From Podarcis liolepis (taxonomy: Eukaryota): a stretch of 64,000 nucleotides of DNA. Below, piece after piece: positions 59,533 through 64,000 of this stretch. The notes below the pieces were generated by a model. It had not been told where the DNA came from. It searched no databases and saw only the letters and a program-made list of their open reading frames with translations. The translations under genes and the position numbers were made by a program. Position 1 is the first letter of the stretch. Each line of letters opens with the position of its first letter. Location: the NCBI GenBank assembly GCA_965112155.1, contig OZ218104.1. One strand, given 5' to 3'.

Positions 59533-59667
59533 GAATTGTAGAGTTGGAAGAGACCTTGAAGTTTGCTTAGTCCAACCCCCTGCAATGTAGGAATATGCAA
59601 CTGCTCCTTATGGGAATCGAACCTGAGACCTTGGTGTTATCAGTACCACACTCTAATCTACTAAGTT
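59533..59667 (-). mobile_element. SINE with tRNA-Ile-derived head and CR1-type 3' tail
   Basis: Reverse complement TTAGAGTGTGGTACTGATAACACCAAGGTCTCAGGTTCGATTCCC resembles tRNA-Ile; it continues to GGGGTTGGACTA..TTCCAACTCTACAATTCT. Confidence 0.7.
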
Positions 59668-61351
59668 GTAAGGGGAAGACCCTTTCAGGCTCCAACTGCA
59701 AGACCCTTGCTTGAAGCACACGCCAGACCGCTGTTGCAAGCCAGGATCCCAGAGGACTCCAGCCAGAGGCCAGGCAGCCTTCTGTAGCTCTGGTTTCTTC
59801 CATGGACTGGATGGTTGGACTGGATAGCTTCCAAGCCTCCTTCTAACTCTCCTGAATCTATGTCAGTATGGAGAAGCTTTGGCCCTTCTTTTGTTGCTGA
59901 GTTACAACTCCCACCTTCAACTCGTATGGTCATTCGTCATGCTAACCACTGAAGCTGATGGGAATTGGAGTCCGTGAACCTCTGAAAGGTTACAGGTTCC
60001 TCATTCCTAAAGCAAAGTTTTCAAAAAGTTAAAATGGACTAAAGCTCACACCAACTAGCTAAACACCTGGGTAGGCTGATAAAATCCTACTGCTTGATGC
60101 ATTGCACTCAAATCAGCTTCCCATTGACTGGAGCCATTCCTTATTTGGCTCTAGACAAGGTGTGGCCATGAGAAGTGCCTGCAGGATTGGGCCAGTGGTT
60201 CATTTTGTGCAGGATCCTGTTCTCACAGGGGCCAGCCAGATGTTTGTGGGAAACCTGCAAGTGGGACCCGAGCACAAGAGCCCTCTTAGTGGTTTCCAGC
60301 AACTGGTATTCAGAAGCATTGCAGTCTTTGACCATGGAGGCAGAACAGAGCCATCATGGATAGCAGCCGTTGACAGCCTTTTGGGAGGGAGTTCCATAGT
60401 TTAACAATGCATTTCCCACTCTATCCTGAATTTTCTGCCATTCAGCTTCTTTGGAAGTCCATGGGTTCTAGTGTTATGAGAGGGAGAGAAACTTTGCTCT
60501 ATCCACTTTCTCCATGTCATGCAAAATTTTATATATGTCAGGCCACCTCTAACTCACTTTTTCTCTGAGATGTCCTAAGTGTTTTTGCAGAGCCTCAAGA
60601 CATCCTTCTCCAATGAATCTGACACTAATGAAGCTGTGCTGATGTGAACAGTTGGAGGAAGAGCTGCGAAATGTATTGCCCTCTAAGGTGTTAAGGTGAA
60701 CACACCATCCTACTGCCTACAGTAATGGCCATCTGCTCCCCCAATTCCTTCTGGACTACCATCATTCTTCACTGCTGCCCTGTCTGCGCTGTCATCTCCA
60801 TTTACTGTTGCCATCTGAAGGCCGACTCAGTGGGCCCACAGCAAACCCGTGTAACTTGCTCAGTTCTTTTCTTTCAAAACATCATTTGCATATTTTGAAA
60901 TCATTTTCAGACCCTTTCTTTCTCGGGGGTGGGGGGGAGGTCCAGGAAGAGGATGGAATGGGTAAACAGCTGGGGCAAAAAACCCCCCAAAAAAACAGAT
61001 TAAGCAGGCATTCCATGGCTCCTCTTAGGACTTTTGCAACCACAGTACAGCTGCTTTTCACTTTTAAAAAGTAAATAAAAGCTGGTGGTGTTAGGGGAAC
61101 CCCCTGAAGTGTTTTAATTATGGGGTGAGGGCGGGCAGAGGGTCCCTATACTGTTTTCATTAGGGTTTGGAGAAGTATGGATTTGGCTAAAATTGCACCC
61201 CAGCCCCCCAATTTCCCATCATAATGCAAGCCTTGAGCTGCTGCTAGGGTTGGCAGACCTTCAAGTCTGACCTGAAGTCTCCAGGTTTCCTGGCTCCCTC
61301 CAGGTGGAGGACTGGAATCTGCAGGTGGGTGAGAGTGCCTTTAATATATAC

Positions 61352-61487
61352 CAGTGATGGCCAAACTTGGCCCTCCAGCTGTTTTGGGACTACAACTCCC
61401 ATCATCCCTAGCTAACAGGACCAGTGGTCAGGGATGATGGGAACTGTAGTCCCAAAACAGCTGGAGGGTCAAGTTTGACCATCACTG
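61352..61487. mobile_element. Near-perfect palindromic hAT MITE (136 bp)
   Basis: About 57-bp arms CAGTGATGGCCAAACTTGGCCCTCCAGCTGTTTTGGGACTACAACTCCCATCATCCCT with 3 mismatches; TSD ATATATAC/ATATATAT. Older relatives at about 1450-1555, 3770-4010, 18020-18140, 43505-43615 and 59900-60010. Confidence 0.9.
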
Positions 61488-64000
61488 ATATATATGTATT
61501 TTAGAAAGTGTGCAAGCTTCAGCCCAACACAAAGTGGCTGCAAATTATAGTACAGACATGCTGAGGTGGTGGGGTGTGTGTCAGGGGTCTGCTGTCCTCC
61601 CCTCTCCCAATTAACTTCTGTCTCCAGGGCCCATCCCTGTAACATCGCCAGGAACTGCCCCTAGTTTTCAGGTTGGGCCCCTGAAATCTCAGGGTCTGGG
61701 CTGCTCCTGACCTCTTGACCCAAAGAGGAGAGAGGGCTATGTGCTTCATATAAGCCCCCAAACATCTGGAAGCCTTGCCTGATGCTGTCCTTCCTCAGAG
61801 AGCATATTCTGACCTTCCTTCCCAAATTCGTCATGAGGGCTAGAACCCTGCGCATCCTGAAATGAAAGATGAGAGAAGCGAAATGCTGCCCCTATCCCCC
61901 GCCCCAACCCTTTACTTTAGATTCCCCAGAGCGTAAAATGGCCTGGGCACATTTCCTGGGTGTAATCAGAATGTTAGGAAAGCGATCTTCAGGGATGTAA
62001 TTAAATGTCTTAACCCTTCCTTCAGCTGCCTGGCCTCATTACTGACGCCGATTTATCTTGCTGAGTGGGCCAGTGGAGTTGAGTGTGTGTGAATGGATGT
62101 CTGCGTGAGGTGAGATGCTCTTGGCTCCCAGAGTCATGATTTATTCAAGAGCCCCTTGCTGAGTCAGATAATGTAATTGTACGGTTATCCATCCTCTGGC
62201 GAGGACCTCCCTATTACTGTCCATTACTGGGGGGTAAGACAGGTTCCCGGGCCCTGATTCAAGCATCCTCTGAATGCCATTCTAAGCCGTAGAATCTAAG
62301 AGATGGTGTTCTATCCACCAGCCAAGTCCGGTCCTTATGGACACCATAGCAATGCACATCAAGGCACTGGCAGTCTTGGGTGAGCACCGAGGCTTGCCAA
62401 AGGAGGGAAACGGTCAGAGTAGAGCAGGCAGAAGGTGCAGGTAGAGCTGCGAGAGAAGAGAGTTTTGTCGGGAGCACAGCATGCAAGGAAAGGAAACCTT
62501 TCTTGCATGAATCTCTCTCTCTCACATACACACAGAGACACAGGTTTCCACTGAGCCAGCAGACGTTTTTGTGCTGGGGTCACAGCAGTTGAGGGAGGTA
62601 GTCTTTACCAGGCCAATAGAAGGGGAGAAAATGGCTGGCCTTCTCTTGTTGACAAACTGTACACAAGAAGAACCCTGTTGGGTCAGGCCAAAGGCCCATC
62701 TATTCTGGCATCCTATTATCACAGAGGCCTACCAGATGTCCGAGGGAAACCTGCAAACAGGACCTGAGCAGAAGTGGAGCTCTCCCTTCCTGTGATTCCG
62801 AGCTACTGGTGTTCAGAAACCTGCCTCGGACAATGGATGTAGAGCTTAGCCAAAATGGCTAATGGCCACTGGTCACCTTATCCTTCAGGAATTGGTCCTC
62901 TCAAAATATGTTGCCCGTCCCCCCAAATGTCTGCTATAATTTAATTTTTTAGCACATCACAGATATGGTTCCCAACAAGGTATTTGCCATCTCAGTCTCA
63001 TTCGGTCCTGAGTTGGGCTGAGCACATTGGTCCCAAATATTTGGCCTTCTCCAATATTACCCATTGTCTTGGTGATTCGGTTTCATTCACAGAGTGATAA
63101 GCCGTATTGAAAGTCAATTTGGTGGTGGGGTGAGAATCCTCTCCCCCCCACCCCCCAAAAACCATTGGGCCCACTTTCCAGAAATGTCAGTCTGGAAAAG
63201 ATCCAACGGATGGAGACAAATAACTTAGTTGTTGGTGACTTAAAAAGAAAAAAGCCACTGCACAGCGCCAGAATTGCTGGTTCCTAGCATTAATCTTTAT
63301 TTCAAATTAGAAATAGCTACATGCTTTTAGCCTAGTAATAAACTCACGGCGAGCCATCGCAGTGATGTTGTCACTTTCCACTGAGCTCTTATGGACCAGT
63401 GTATTGATTAGACTTTGAAGGAATACAACAGCTAAATCTCAGGTAGCAAATATGTGTTGAATTGATCTCCTTTGACGCAGCCCTCTGCCCTTTCCCTTGC
63501 TCCTGCTGACATTATTTATAGGAGAAGGGTGTGTGTGTGTTTGTGTTTATGTATGCGAGTTGATGCTGACTATTTGCTAAGCTCTACCTTGTAGCACCTG
63601 CTTAAGTGGCCTCCCCTCCCCTCCCCAAGCTGGTTAACTTTTAAGTATGGGAATGAGATGTGATGCCCCATAATATTCTTTTGATTCATGCAAGCCACTT
63701 TTCTCATATAGCCATTCCTTCCTTCCCCCAGCAGATGTATTGATTTTTTGTTTTGCGGTTTTATAACGCAATTTCAGGGCTGTTGTAGTTTAATGAGCCA
63801 TGTTCTTATGATGTTTAAAGAGATTTGGAGCAGGCGTTGAAATAAATATTATGGATTGGCCCATTCCCCCACCCCCAGCCCCACCACATCCGCCTTCACC
63901 CCACACCCCTGCTCTCTGAATATCAGTGGGAAATGAATCAGGGCATCCAGCTAGGCAGCTTTTTGTGATGGAGATCAAAGTGCTGGTGGGAAAGAAAAGA

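Noticed and set aside
59585-59667. Possible functional tRNA-Ile gene
   Set aside because: The acceptor and D stems are degraded and it is fused to a LINE tail; it is a SINE head.
61352-61487. Long hairpin as a pre-miRNA
   Set aside because: Fully explained as a palindromic hAT MITE with an 8-bp TSD; no expression evidence.

Overview
Vertebrate genomic DNA, almost certainly squamate and probably a lacertid lizard, judged from three Sauria/Squam1-type SINEs plus CR1 relics and lizard-type MITEs. It contains one protein-coding gene, SALL1 (spalt-like zinc-finger transcription factor), on the + strand in three coding exons. Exon 1 is 32455/32459-32530, with its ATG hidden in an N-gap; exon 2 is 43907-47328; exon 3 is 51191-51631. 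The inferred CDS is 3939 nt (1312 aa). A large CpG island covers about 29.6-34.3 kb. The interval from about 25.4 to 42 kb is transposon-poor and full of motif-rich blocks that look like conserved enhancers, while the flanks are dense in TE relics. Apart from the ORFs overlapping SALL1 exons 2-3, the ORF track appears to be noise from repeats and low-complexity sequence. I found no convincing evidence of a wholly new biological system. The best leads are: (i) a putative upstream non-coding first exon, coupled to apparent turnover of the internal start codon of the NuRD-motif-less SALL1 isoform; (ii) a 35-bp tandem duplication and palindromic MITEs inside the promoter island; (iii) MITEs carrying clustered SIX-like motifs near a SIX target gene; (iv) a shared TAAG start in all three SINE target-site duplications; (v) a 3' end lacking AATAAA whose read-through would capture an inverted TE pair. 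Repeat-family names and human comparisons come from recall, not database searches.
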